Below are positions 12,531 through 24,466 of a DNA stretch of 64,000 nt, in pieces (positions within the stretch are counted from its first letter, which is position 1; each line of letters opens with the position of its first letter). The notes under the pieces are model-generated. The model had not been told where the DNA came from. It made no database searches and saw only the letters and a program-made list of their open reading frames with translations. A program made the translations under genes and the position numbers. This DNA comes from Eledone cirrhosa (lineage: Eukaryota). The stretch is from assembly GCA_964016885.1 (NCBI GenBank), contig OZ024752.1:8060001-8124000 (forward strand), given 5' to 3'.

Positions 12531-13004
12531 GGATATGCTTTGTTCACAGTGTAAGGGTGGTGTGGACAAGAGTAGGCTTGTTGCTGGGGTATAGTAGTTA
12601 ACAAGTGCCTACTAGATGTATGTTTGAGTCTGTACACGTGGGAAGGCGTGTCTTCTGTATTACTGTGTAACGCCAAAGATCTCGATCCTGTGTCATGCTT
12701 TTATGAAACAAATCCACCTCTTTTAAAATGCTTAAATGTCAATTTAAACCTTTAATTATACTTATATCTCCGAAGCTTTTGTTATGTTTCAAAACAGCAG
12801 CTTAATAACAAAGAAGTTAGTTATAGTAAATTATTGATTAGTTTCAATATGTATTGAAACAGACAGGTAGTGTGTTTTTTATCAGCAATCTAGTCAATAA
12901 ATAGTAAAGTGACTCTTTGGTTAGCTGTGAAGGAATTGCTTCCTATTTCAGATACCAATATCACTACACAATCAATTTAGTGATACATGGTTTCTAGTTT
13001 GAAT

Positions 13005-13270
13005 CCAAGGTCTACCAGCTACTTTCATATCAAGACCAAGGTCTACCAGCTACCTTCATATCAAGACCAAGGTCTGCCAGCTACCTTCATATCAAGACCA
13101 AGGTCTATCTACCAGCTATCTTCATATCAACACCAATGTTATATCCAAGGTCTGTCTACCAGTTACCTTAATATCAACACCAACGTTATATCCAAGGTCT
13201 GCTATCTTCATATCAACACCAATGTTATATCCAAGGTCTATCTAGCTGCTATCTTAATATCAACACCATT
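13005..13270. repeat. Degenerate 30-50-bp tandem repeat
   Basis: Recurrent CCAAGGTCT..CCAGCTACCTTCATATCAA. Confidence 0.8.
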
Positions 13271-13367
13271 GATGTAACACAATACTATCAGCTCCTTAAC
13301 TTCACTAACAATATAAACAATTAGGTTAATGTTAATAAGGTGTCATTATGTAATATATGAAGACACC

Positions 13368-13706
13368 TGGGTTAGAGGTTAGAGCATTGGGCTTACACTC
13401 ATGAGGTTGTGAATTTGATTCTCAGACCAGGTGATGTGTTGTCTCTTTGAGCAAGACACTTTATTTCACGTTGCTCCAGTTTACTCAGCTGTAGAAATGA
13501 GTTGTGATGTCACTGGTGCCAAGCTGTATCGGCCATTACCTTTCCCTTGGACAACATCAGTGGAGTGGAGAGGGGAGACTGGTATGTATGGGTGAGGTCT
13601 GGTCTTCTACAAACAACCTTGTTCGGGCTTGTGCCTTGGAGGGGATCTTTCTAGGTGTAAATGCTATGGTCATTCATGACCAAAAGGGGTCTTTACTCTT
13701 TACCCT
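13368..13706 (+). mobile_element. tRNA-derived SINE family B (CORE-like central domain)
   Basis: GGTTAGAGCATTGG head, GAATTTGATTC B-box variant, TTGAGCAAGACACTTTATTTCACGTTGCTCCAGTTTACTCAGCTG domain. Confidence 0.8.
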
Positions 13707-14291
13707 TAATAATAGATGAAGGGCAGTGGCTTGGCAGAATCATTAGTGTTGGACAGAATGCTATGAGATATTTTCAATGTTTCAGGGTCTGAGTTCAAAT
13801 CCTGCTAATGTCATCTTTGCCATCCATTCATGGCCAATAAAATATTGTACCAGTCAAGTATGGAGTCAATTTAATGACTTTCCCTCCCCCGAAATATTGT
13901 ATAATAAATGAAATCCATTGTTAAACACAAACATACACAAGGAAGTAATATATACACCTCTGATGGTACTGTCTAATGTCACTAATATTCACTAACACAT
14001 AGAAACTAAACAATAAATTGACTATAATAATGGTTTTCAACATAGGCACAAGGCCAGAAATTGGTGGAAGAGAAAGTCAATTATATGACCACACAAAAGA
14101 TGAAAGTTAAAGTTAACCTCACCAGGATTTGAACTCAGAATGTAAAGAACCAGAACAAAAATACTACAATGTATTTCATCAGATCCACCAATACTACCAA
14201 AACTGCCAATATACCAATACTAACAATACTGCCAATATACCAATCCACCAACAGAGGAATCTGAAGTAATGAACCGAGGGAAAAACCTGCT

Positions 14292-14469
14292 TTAACCCTT
14301 TGCCATGTACATTACTCTATATTTACTATTGTGTTTACATGGTAAAGGTTTTATCTTCCATAATTATCTCACATAATATCGAATATATGAGATTTTGATA
14401 TTATTTATTTTGAGAACAATACCTTAACATCAGTATGAGTGGCCAGTTATGGCCAGTTTAAATGGTTAA
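14292..14469 (-). mobile_element. MITE family A inserted at TTAA
   Basis: TTAACCCTTTGCCATG...TTAAATGGTTAA, flanked by tandem copies of AGAGGAATCTGA..AAACCTG. Confidence 0.8.
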
Positions 14470-14780
14470 GAGGAATCTGAGGTGATGAACTGAAGGAGAA
14501 ACCTGGTTTAAGAGGAATCCAAAGTGGTGTGCAGGAAAAAAGATTGTGTTGGTATGGAAGATGACCACCGAGTGAAGAAGTGCCAGAAAATACTAATGGA
14601 AGGAAACTGCAATAGAGGTAGACCAAGGAAGAAATGGACAGAGGTAGTGAGAGATGATCTCAAATCTGTGGAGAGATGCTGTACTGAACAGGACCCATCC
14701 AACTGTGGAAAAACAGACACAAAAGGACATATCCAACCCATGCAAACATGGAAAAACAGACATAGAAACTATGATGATAT
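14470..14780 (+). mobile_element. RTE-clade LINE 3' end
   Basis: VKKCQKILMEGNCNRGRPRKKWTEVVRDD followed by AACCCATGCAAACATGGAAAA..GATGAT tail. Confidence 0.8.
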
Positions 14781-15250
14781 ATTTGTATATGTTTGTTAAT
14801 ATCTTGTAAAATAAGTGGCTGGTTTTAAAAATAAAGAACTATCAACTAAATCTCTTCAAGGTGATGGTCTGGTATGGAGTGCCTTGTTACCACTACCACC
14901 AGTAAATGAATAAATGACAACAGACCAGACTTAATTCGGTGTACAGAAAGTAAAACTGGTGTGAAAATTGAACAGAATTTTCAATACAGATCACACTAAA
15001 CTCTTAATGTCCTGTACCACATGAAACCACATTAGCAAGACATTCTTGACAAATACAAAATAGTACTGAACATTTTCACAACGATCTGTCCATAAATTAA
15101 AATCTAAACACTTTAATTAACAAAGATGTTTTAGATATTTTCTGCTAAATTATAATAAGATGTTAAATTAATTAACTACTTTGCATATGTAACATTTAGA
15201 AGAAAAATGACTACAGAAAATTAAAATCTTAATAATTAAAGTCTTTAAAA

Positions 15251-15538
15251 TCTCTATATAAATTTGAGCGACTTCCGTCCGTCCGTCACACAATGTGTAT
15301 GTGTGTAAAAGGAAGAAAAGGGATGGTAAAAAACCGATAGCAAAACGGTGGCTAGCGTGTGTGTGTAAATGTATGTGTATGTGTATGTGTGAATGTATGT
15401 CTATGAGTGTGTATTTTTGAAAGTGTGTCTGTGTTTGCACGTTTATATATATATACATACATACATATAAATGTATGTATATGCACATACACTCACATAT
15501 ATACACATACGCGTCAGTGTGTTGAAAAAAATGCTAGT
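15251..15538 (+). mobile_element. Putative non-autonomous Helitron (family H2)
   Basis: A^TCTCTATATAAA start, (CCGT)n microsatellite, CTAG candidates at about 15352 and 15534; 5' part homologous to 28640-28758. Confidence 0.55.
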
Positions 15539-15883
15539 ACTACAGAGTTTAATAATGATCTGTTCCCTAGTAAAGATTCAATAAACATTGAATTATTAAA
15601 GATATTTTCTGCTAAATCGTTGAAGGATGTAAAGTGTTAAAATACATCTATAAGAACAAAAGCATATACCAAATATGTTGACCAGACAGAATCAAACTAA
15701 CAAATGAATATATTTAAATAGTAATAAGCCATCATCAACAGAGTAAATTGATTTTGCTTCATATATAATTGATTTTGACTGGCATGTAAACACAAGTATT
15801 TTGACAAACGTGTGCATATATCAGACATATATGTTCAAAACGTATTTTACACTTTACAAATCCCTTAATCAAATACTACAGAA

Positions 15884-15923
<40 letters not shown>

Positions 15924-16322
15924 ATGTATATGTCTCACCTCCATAATATCACATACACCATTTACAATGCAGCATATATTTTGAATTGATGTTTTGTAGG
16001 TCCAACAGAACAGCGGCATGCTGAGGTCTCACATCGTCTTATTAAATATAAAACAATGTCTTTAAAATAGGCTGTAATATTATATTTCTCCATTATTCTG
16101 TATAATCTACAATTGTTATACAATGTGTATAAATACGTATAAGCTAGAGCTGAGCTAGCAACTAGCAATTAAAACTTTCAACCCCACTATTTAGATCCTT
16201 CACAATACTAAATATAATAATATTTATTATAAAAAATATATAAAGCTGAAATAATGAAAGGCGACGAACGACACATTTTTCGGTAAAATACGCAAACTTT
16301 GAGTTATTAAAATTACAATAAT

Positions 16323-16550
16323 CCGTTTTACGATCACAGATAACTTCCGGTAATTTCCGTAGTGTAAATGACAATCTTCCAATTAGAATAAAAACAACAT
16401 TAATTGTAATCTACACCTTCGAAAATATATCTACAAAATATGACAAAATATTCATATTTTGTCGAGGTTTAGATTAAAATTATAAAACATTTAGATAATT
16501 GTCATTTTAAGCTACGGAGATTACCGGAAGTTGTCTATGATCTTAAAACG
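16323..16550. repeat. About 230-bp imperfect palindrome (foldback or MITE-like)
   Basis: CGTTTTACGATCACAGATAACTTCCGGTAATTTCCGTAG pairs with CTACGGAGATTACCGGAAGTTGTCTATGATCTTAAAACG; inner arms TAATCTACACCTTCGA / TCGAGGTTTAGATTA. Confidence 0.85.
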
Positions 16551-17019
16551 AAAGATTATCAAAATTACAACTTTGCAATAGCAGCAATAACAACAAATAA
16601 TAATAATAAAATTATTTGATTTTCATCCTTACGGGGCTGATAAAATAAAGTACCAGTAATGTAGTGAGTATTTGCTGGCCTTGTGCTCCAAAGTAGAAAC
16701 AATTATTATAAGAAGGAGCTGGTAAATAAATTTTAATGGCCGTAACAAGTTGCAAAGTAAATATTTAGTTTACTATAACAGACAGTTAAACTATTAATTA
16801 TGCCAGTAAATTCTAACTTGATAAGTTAACTACTAACAACAAAATAATATTCAGAAGGACTTTTAAATTTCAAAGTTTCCTTTTATTGTTATTACTACTA
16901 TTACAATATTACTGCTGCCCTTAGTCAACCCTTGTGGTTAATAAAGAAAGCATTATTAGAACTGGTAGAGATGAGAAAACGGGGATGTAACATAAATGAC
17001 AATACTACAACTACTACTA

Positions 17020-17200
17020 GTGTTTCTACTTTGGGCACAAGGCCAGCAATTACCTCAGTGCATTACTGGTACCTTATTTTATCGACCCCGTAAGGATGAA
17101 AGGTAAAGTTAACCTCGACGGGATTTGAACTCAGAACATAAAGGGCCATAACTCTATGCTGCAAAGAAGGGTGTCCGACGCTTTAGCGATACTGCCAAAT
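17020..17200 (-). mobile_element. SINE family A
   Basis: Full family body from TTTCTACTTTGGGCACAAGGCCAGC to GATACTGCCA. Confidence 0.88.
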
Positions 17201-17589
17201 AATAATAATAATAATTATTATTATTATTAAAAGTCAATGAAAACAGTTTTGCTAGATAACAGTAGTAACACTTTACACACGTTTTATTAAGGCAATATTT
17301 GACTGTAGTGACGGGAGGGGGGGTTGTCAGACTAGGGTGATGACCCTGTGAGTACACGGGAGTAAGTACAGAGTACCAAGACCCAAGCTTGACCTTAATA
17401 AACAATATATTCATCTCTACTATGGTAAATAGTAGTAAGTAGTATAACAACAACACACACACACATTGTGTGTGTTGTTGTTATTGTAAATCTGTGTAGA
17501 GACTAACAAAGGATGAAAAGAAAGACAACAACGAAAGAGAACACAGGTTTCTTGTGACAGGCAGAAGATGGAAGACATTTAAGGAGAGA

Positions 17590-18940
17590 GGGGGGGGGGA
17601 TAGTAGTGGCGGGGGGATAGTAGTGGTAGTGGTGGGAGGAGAGGGGGATAACAGTGGTAGTGGTTGGAGAGAAAGAAGATAAGTGATAGTACTTGTAGGA
17701 AAGAGAGGGGATTATAGTAGTGGTGGTTGGATGAGAGAGAAGAAAACAGTGGTAGTAGTTGTAGGAGAGAAGGAGAGGGGAAATAGTGGTAGTGGTTGGA
17801 GGAGAAAGAAAAGATAACAGTGGTAGTGGTTGGAGGACAGAGAGAGGGGGGATAACAGTGGTAGTGGTTGGAGGACAGAGAGAGGGGGGATAACAGTGGT
17901 AGTGGTTGGAGAAGAGAGAGGGGGATAACAGTGGTAGTGGTTGGAGGAGAGAGAGAAGAAAATAGTATAGGTGATAGGAGAGATGGTGATAGGAGTAAGT
18001 GAGAGAAGAAAACATCGGTAATAACAGTGGTGGTGGTGGGTAAATGTGAGAGAGAGAGAGAGAGAGGAAAACATCGGTAATAACAGTGGTGGTGGTGGAT
18101 AAATGTGAGAGAGAGAGAGAGAGAGGAAAACATCGGTAATAACAGTGGTGGTGGTGGTGGGTAAATGTGAGAGAGAGAGAGGAAAACATCGGTAATAACA
18201 GTGGTGGTGGTGGGTAAATGTGAGAGAGAGAGGAAAACATCGGTAATAACAGTGGTGGTGGTGGGTAAATGTGAGAGAGAGAGAGGAAAACATCGGTAAT
18301 AACAGTGGTGGTGGTGGGTAAATATGAGAGAGAGAGAGAGAGAGAGAGAGGAAAACATCGGTAATAACAGTGGTGGTGGTGGGTAAATATGAGAGAGAGA
18401 GAGAGAGAGAGAGAGGAAAACATCGGTAATAACAGTGGTGGTGGTGGGTAAATGTGAGAGAGAGGAAAACATCGGTAATAACAGTGGTGGTGGTGGGTAA
18501 ATGTGAGAGAGAGAGAGAGGAAAACATCGGTAATAACAGTGGTGGTGGTGGGTAAATGTGAGAGAGAGAGAGAGAGGAAAACATCGGTAATAACAGTGGT
18601 GGTGGGTAAATGTGAGAGAGAGGAAAACATCGGTAATAACAGTGGTGGTGGTGGTGGGTAAATGTGAGAGAGAGAGGAAAACATCGGTAATAACAGTGGT
18701 GGTGGTGGGTAAATGTGAGAGAGAGAGAGAGGAAAACATCAGTAATAACAGTGGTGGTGGTGGTGGGTAAATGTGTGAGAGAGAGAGAGGAAAACATCAG
18801 TAATAACAGTGGTGGTGGTGGTGGGTAAATGTGAGAGAGAGAGAGGAAAACATCGGTAATAACAGTGGTGGTGGTGGTGGGTAAATGTGAGAGAGAGAGA
18901 GGAAAACATCGGTAATAACAGTGGTGGTGGTGGTGGTGAT
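17590..18940. repeat. Purine-rich compound minisatellite with variable (GA)n and (GGT)n tracts
   Basis: GGAAAACATCGGTAATAACA(GTG)nGGTAAATGT(GA)n repeated about 16 times, preceded by degenerate ACAGTGGTAGTGGTTGGA units. Confidence 0.97.
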
Positions 18941-19341
18941 GAGGAAAGCTGAGAAAGAGAGAGGAAAAACATGGGTGATGGCAGCGGTGGTGGTAGGCAA
19001 GGGTGAGAGAAAGAAGAGAAGAAAAGATATAGGAAAACATGTCAGCAGCGATAATGGTGGCGGGGTAGGGATGAGGAGATAAGAGAGAGAGGGAGAGAAA
19101 GACAGAAGAAAACAACATCAGTAGTAGTAGTAGTAGTGACAGAGTGTATTAAAATGTGAGCAAAGAGGAGATAATATCCCTTTAATATACACACACATAT
19201 ATATACGATTGAATGTATATATATATTTATATATTATAATTATAACAACATCGGAAGGAAAGAAGGTGACTGTAGCAGGATGAGTTAAGAATTAAATTAC
19301 AACTAAAACAGATTAAGAAATAGTCATCAAAAAAAAAATAC

Positions 19342-19612
19342 CTGGATGCCAGGGCATTGAACTTCACTGTAACAATCTCTTCTACCGGCGATATATATTG
19401 ACCAGGTCAAAGGCTGTTGCTTTCTAGATAGAGCCCTCACATGGCTATTTATAGTAGAAGCATTATTATTTTTTTAAGATTTTTTTTTTCTTCTTCCTTT
19501 GTTGTAAAAGTGATGTTGACAGAAATTTGCAGCCTAAACTAAGAGGCGACTGCTTAAGAAGGGGCACTGACAACTGTCTGACTGTCTGTCTGTCTGTCTG
19601 ACTGGCATCATT
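19342..19612 (-). other. Candidate first (5'UTR) exon of a minus-strand gene
   Basis: Begins about 30 bp downstream of a TATA box and ends at donor CCAG|GTATTT; mostly unique sequence with short upstream ORFs. Confidence 0.45.
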
Positions 19613-19636
19613 GATTGGTGGTTGCATTCCACACTT

Positions 19637-19646
19637 CTTTTATATA
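19637..19646 (-). promoter_or_regulatory. Candidate TATA box (TATATAAAAG)
   Basis: Consensus TATAWAAG preceded by a GC-rich GGTGGCGGCGGCAGCC tract; Inr-like TCAAT and CCAGTC 32-41 bp downstream. Confidence 0.5.
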
Positions 19647-20139
19647 GCAACAAAGGCTGCCGCCGCCACCACCACCACTAGCACAGAAAGTGAAGATTTT
19701 CAAATAACATAATTTAAATAAATAGATAAATTTAATTTTTATCCCTTAAAAGTTGAAAAAAAAAAGAATTCTTGAATTAATTTTTTTTAATTCTAAGGAT
19801 CACATTTTAACAAACGAACGGGGGGGAAAACAAAAAACAAAAAAAAAAACAAGAATTCAATATTGGTGCAAAATCTTTGCCATTTCCTCTTCAAAATTAA
19901 TATTTATTTCTGGAGATAGAACAAATCTTATATTTCCATATTGATCCTGTTCTATATTGGAAAATGAAAGCAAACAAATCTGAGAGAGAGAGAGAGAGAG
20001 AGATTGTAGATATGAAAATATTGGAAATAATGGACAAAACTATATATAAGGTGAACAGTAGAGAATTGTAACAATGAAAGGATTGCTACCAGACATTGCT
20101 GAGTTGTTAGTTTCTTGATCCAATGAATGATTGTCACAT

Positions 20140-20480
20140 TGGTCTCTAGTTCAGTCTCACGCTAGTCTCTAGACCTGTCTCACGCTAGTCTCTAGACCTG
20201 TCTCGCGCTGGTCTCTAGACCTGTCTCGCGCTGGTCTCTAGACCTGTCTCGCGCTGGTCTCTAGACCTGTCTCGCGCTGGTCTCTAGACATGTCTCGCGC
20301 TGGTCTCTAGACATGTCTCGCGCTGGTCTCTAGACCCGTCTCGCGCTGGTCTCTAGACCCGTCTCGCGCTGGTCTCCAGACCCGTCTCGCGCTGGTCTCC
20401 AGACCAGTCTCGCGCTGGTCTCCAGACCAGTCTCGCGCTGGTCTCTAGACCTGTCTCATGCTGGTCTCTGGAGCTGTCTC
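20140..20480. repeat. 23-bp CpG-containing minisatellite, about 14 copies
   Basis: Unit CTGTCTCGCGCTGGTCTCTAGAC. Confidence 0.97.
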
Positions 20481-20635
20481 ACGTTGCTCGAAATCAACTC
20501 TTATGAAACAAAACCCCTCATTTTACAAGGTTCCTTCCAATATAAATTTCCAACATGATTTTGTGTGATGTTATGAAATAATTTCATTAGAAATAATGAC
20601 CTAAGGATTAAAAAGATAGTGCTTATTATCTAGAC

Positions 20636-21077
20636 CAGAGCTGGGGGAAACTTTTCATGTTAAAACGCTGCATTAAGTTACTTGGAATATAATAAGGCAG
20701 CATTCAAGAAACCATAATTATATATTCTTAAAATCTACATTATTTTGTAAAAATCTAATTACTACGTACTAATTATCTAAAAGATGAACAAAACAAAAAC
20801 AACTTAATTTTAAAGCTAACTACCTTTTAATGAGTTTGATGTGACTGTTGTAGGAAAGTATTTTGATATTTGGTTACAACATGGAGGTCCTTATAATCTA
20901 CTAATGTTTTATTTCTGGCTGTCAATGTGGATTTATTTCGTTGAGTTTTCTTTTACTCTTTGATATTTAAAATACATTCATCTTATGGTTTAAATTAAAA
21001 TAAGAGATAAACATATTAATAAAAATTTTATTGAGAATTTTTTATTCTTTCAAAAGTTCTCATGTTGCCCATCTTTG
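20636..21077. mobile_element. hAT (Charlie/Buster-like) non-autonomous element
   Basis: Ends CAGAGCTGGG / CCCATCTTTG (8/10 inverted), flanked by 8-bp TSD ATCTAGAC at 20628-20635 and 21078-21085. Confidence 0.75.
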
Positions 21078-21157
21078 ATCTAGACCTGGAGTTGGCTACT
21101 TTTTGGGCTGTGCAGGCCACATTGCTATGCAGTGATTCATCGGTGGGCCATATACCT

Positions 21158-22050
21158 CACATAGCTATGTAATATGTTGCTGGCAGGCCACATAGCTATG
21201 TAATATGTTGTTGGCAGGCCACATAGCTATGTAATATGTTGTTGGCAGGCCACATAGCTATGTAATATGTTGTTGGCAGGCCACATAGCTATGTAATATG
21301 TTGTTGGCAGGCCACATAGCTATGTAATATGTTGTTGGCAAGCCACATAGCTATGTAATATGTTGTTGGCAGGCCACATTGCTATGTAATGTCTTGTTGG
21401 CAGGCCACATAGCTATGTAATGTCTTGTTGGCAGGCCACATAGCTATGTAATGTCTTGTTGGCAGGCCACATAGCTATGTAATATGTTGTTGGCAGGCCA
21501 CATAGCTATGTAATATGTTGTTGGCAGGCCACATAGCTATGTAATATGTTGTTGGCAGGCCACATAGCTATGTAATATGTTGTTGGCAGGCCATATAGCT
21601 ATGTAATATGTTGTTGGCAAGCCACATAGCTATGTAATATGTTGTTGGCAGGCCATATAGCTATGTAATGTCATGTTGGCAGGCCACATAGCTATGTAAT
21701 ATGTTGTTGGCAAGCCACATAGCTATGTAATGTCTTGTTGGTAGGCCATATAGCTATGTAATATGTTGTTGGCAGGCCACATAGCTATGTAATGTCTTGT
21801 TGGCAGGCCATATACCTATGTAATATGTTGTTGGCAGGCCACATAGCTATGTAATATGTTGTTGGCAGGCCACATAGCTATGTAATGTCTTGTTGGCAGG
21901 CCATATAGCTATGTAATGTCTTGTTGGCAGGCCACATAGCTATGTAATATGTTGTTGGCAGGCCACATAGCTATGTAATGTCTTGTTGGCAGGCCATATA
22001 GCTATGTAATGTCTTGTTGGCAGGCCACATAGCTATGCAATGTCTTGCGG
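21158..22050. repeat. 31-bp minisatellite, about 28 copies
   Basis: Unit GGCAGGCCACATAGCTATGTAATATGTTGTT. Confidence 0.98.
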
Positions 22051-22271
22051 GGGGGAGGGGGGGTTTACATTGCTATGTAATGTCTCATCAGCAGGCCATA
22101 TTGCTATGCAGTGTCTCATCAGCAGGCCATATCAAAATATAATAAATTTGCTCCACCTCAGACTGCTGTCCAGAAGGCTACCTTAATACCAGGATTTAAA
22201 GAAAAACAATAAATTATACTTTAATGACATTCCTTACTATAAATAAAATACAGACAGAAATGGTAAATTGT

Positions 22272-22500
22272 CTAACCCTTTAGCATTTAAACCGGCCATA
22301 TCCAGCCAGTGTTCTGTCACTTCTTTCTGTTCAAACTGACCATAACTGGCCACTCATAATATCAAGGATAAGGTATTGTTCTCAAAATAAATATCAAAAT
22401 CTCATAGATTCGATATTATGTGAGATAATTATGTAAGATAAAGGTTTTACCACAAAAATACAATAGTATACATAGAGTAATGTAAATGTTAAAGCGTTAA
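22272..22500 (+). mobile_element. MITE family A nested in hAT element
   Basis: CTAACCCTTTAGCATTTAAACCGGCC...AAATGTTAAAGCGTTAA. Confidence 0.88.
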
Positions 22501-23391
22501 TGAGATACTTGTTCTTGCCTGTTTGTTACTGTCATGCAAAAAATTACGATCAGCTAAGTCTTGTGGCTAGATGTGCGTCCTAGTTGCTATTCTAATCCAA
22601 AATAATTCAAGGCACCTTTTAAGGGATTGCTTAGCCTAAGATTGAAACCTGTTGGCAGGCCGGGGGTTGCCGACCCCTGATCTAGACTGTGAGATGCAGG
22701 TATGGCTATATGGTAAAGATATTCATTTTGCAGCCATGTGATATTGGACATGATCCCCTTCAGCAAGTGTCTACTACAGCCTCAGTCAAACTCCTTCTGC
22801 GTAAAATTTGCAGACAGAAACTGTTCAGAAGCTTCTGTTGTGTTGTGTTGTGTTTTGTTTTGTTGTGTGTTGTGTGTTGGGTGCGGTGCGGTGCGGTGTG
22901 GGTGTGGTGCGGTGTGGTGTGGTGTGGTGTGGTGTGCGGTGTGTGTGTGTGTATGATCAAAGCATGCATGTGTGTATTTCTGTGTGTACATCTTACTGAT
23001 ACTGCTTAAGCAAGTGGTACCATTTATTTATGTCCTGCAGATTGGTAGTTCTGCAGATCAATAGAATAAGAACCTTAATTAAAGGTGGGTATCACGGATG
23101 CATCTGACCAAAGAAAAAATACTCCACCAAAATCTTGTCCAACCCATGCCAACATGGAAAAGTTGACTTAAAGACAATGATGCTACTTCAAGAATACATT
23201 AGAGATAGAGTAGATGATAACACAATAGTTAGAATTGGTACAAGAAAGAAAGAAAATTTACTAATAACATTAAACTGTGTGCATCTGGTTTAGAATAGAG
23301 ACTATGTCTCCCTTGCGTCATTAAAACAGTTGGCACCAGGAAGGACATCCAGTTGTAAAACATTGCTCTAAAAAGGACCCCATGATGAGTA

Positions 23392-23456
23392 TTAACCCTT
23401 TAGCATTTAAACTGGCTGTGCCTGGCCAGAATTCTCTTACCTTTTTCTGTTCAAAG
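23392..23456 (+). mobile_element. MITE family A left-end fragment
   Basis: TTAACCCTTTAGCATTTAAACTGG..TTCTGTTCAAA, truncated at a (TA)n tract. Confidence 0.75.
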
Positions 23457-23480
23457 ATTATATATATATATATATATATA

Positions 23481-24135
23481 CTAGCAGAATGCCTGGCGTT
23501 GCTCGGGATTCTAAACATAGATTGGCATATTTATCCCTCCTTTCTGAAACAGTAGAGAGAAGTACGGAATACCTCGGCCTCGGAATGGTGTCTACTTTTT
23601 GTGCTTATAAAAAAAATTTGTTGTAGATTACCAGGGTTTTTTTCCATGTGAAGAAAATCAATACTTTATAGCAAAATAAATACTTTTGTTTAAATTTTGT
23701 TATTGTGTATGCAAAAATATCTGTACACGAATATATATATATATATATTAAAATAACAGATTAAAGTTTAAGCAAAGAACCGTTGCTTTCACCCTTAACA
23801 GGATCTTTTGAAACTAAAAAAATCAATTTGTGAACGCATAAGTAAATATTCCAGAAAACGTTACACACTATATATATACACACACATATAGCGCCATAAT
23901 GTCGTAATGCAGACAGATATTATAAGGGCGCAACGTTATAACTATGTATCTATCTAAAAAGAAAGACTAAGAATTATAGAGAGAGATCGCTAAATTGCCT
24001 AATGCGGTCCCTAGGACATTGAAAATTTGAACATTTTTTTTCTCAAAACACTCACAGGAGCATAAGTATTACATGTGTAAAGTTTAAAAACAATCGGTTG
24101 GGTCAGACAGACAGACTCTGTTTTAGATATATAGA
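23481..24135 (-). mobile_element. Non-autonomous Helitron (family H3)
   Basis: Minus strand A^TCTATATATC start with (CTGT)n, subterminal CCCGAGCAACGCCAGG hairpin, CTAG^T end, no TSD. Confidence 0.85.
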
Positions 24136-24288
24136 TAAAAGCAAGTATTGCACCAAGAAAAATTAAGCAGCGGTGTGAAGAGATTATGAATTTATTTTCT
24201 TTGACATATGTTTCTGTGCCTATTATAAATCGTCTACATATGTTGACTACAATATATATTGTTCAATCATATGTAATACTTAATTATT

Positions 24289-24466
24289 TGTGGATTGGCA
24301 GTATCGGTAGAGGGTCAGACGCATCGAGTTACAGCCCTTGCCATTCTGAGTTCAAATCCCACCGAGGTTAACTTTGCCTTTCACCTTACGGGGTCTATAA
24401 AATAAAGTACCAGTAATACACTGGAGTAATAGCTGGCCTTGTGCCAAAAGTAGAAACAATTATTTA
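24289..24466 (+). mobile_element. SINE family A
   Basis: TGGATTGGCAGTATCGGTAG, GAGTTCAAATCC, core, tail AGTAGAAACAATTATT; AATTATTT on both flanks. Confidence 0.9.

Larger units (their letters stand above)
21086..22679. mobile_element. hAT (MER30/Charlie-like) non-autonomous element carrying a minisatellite and a nested MITE
   Basis: TIRs CTGGAGTTGGCTAC / GTTGCCGACCCCTG (10/14); TSD ATCTAGAC at 21078-21085 and 22680-22687. Confidence 0.8.

Noticed and set aside
17503-19118. 386-468 aa Pro/Thr/His-rich ORFs
   Set aside because: Translation of a (GA)n/(GGT)n compound repeat with constant frame switching
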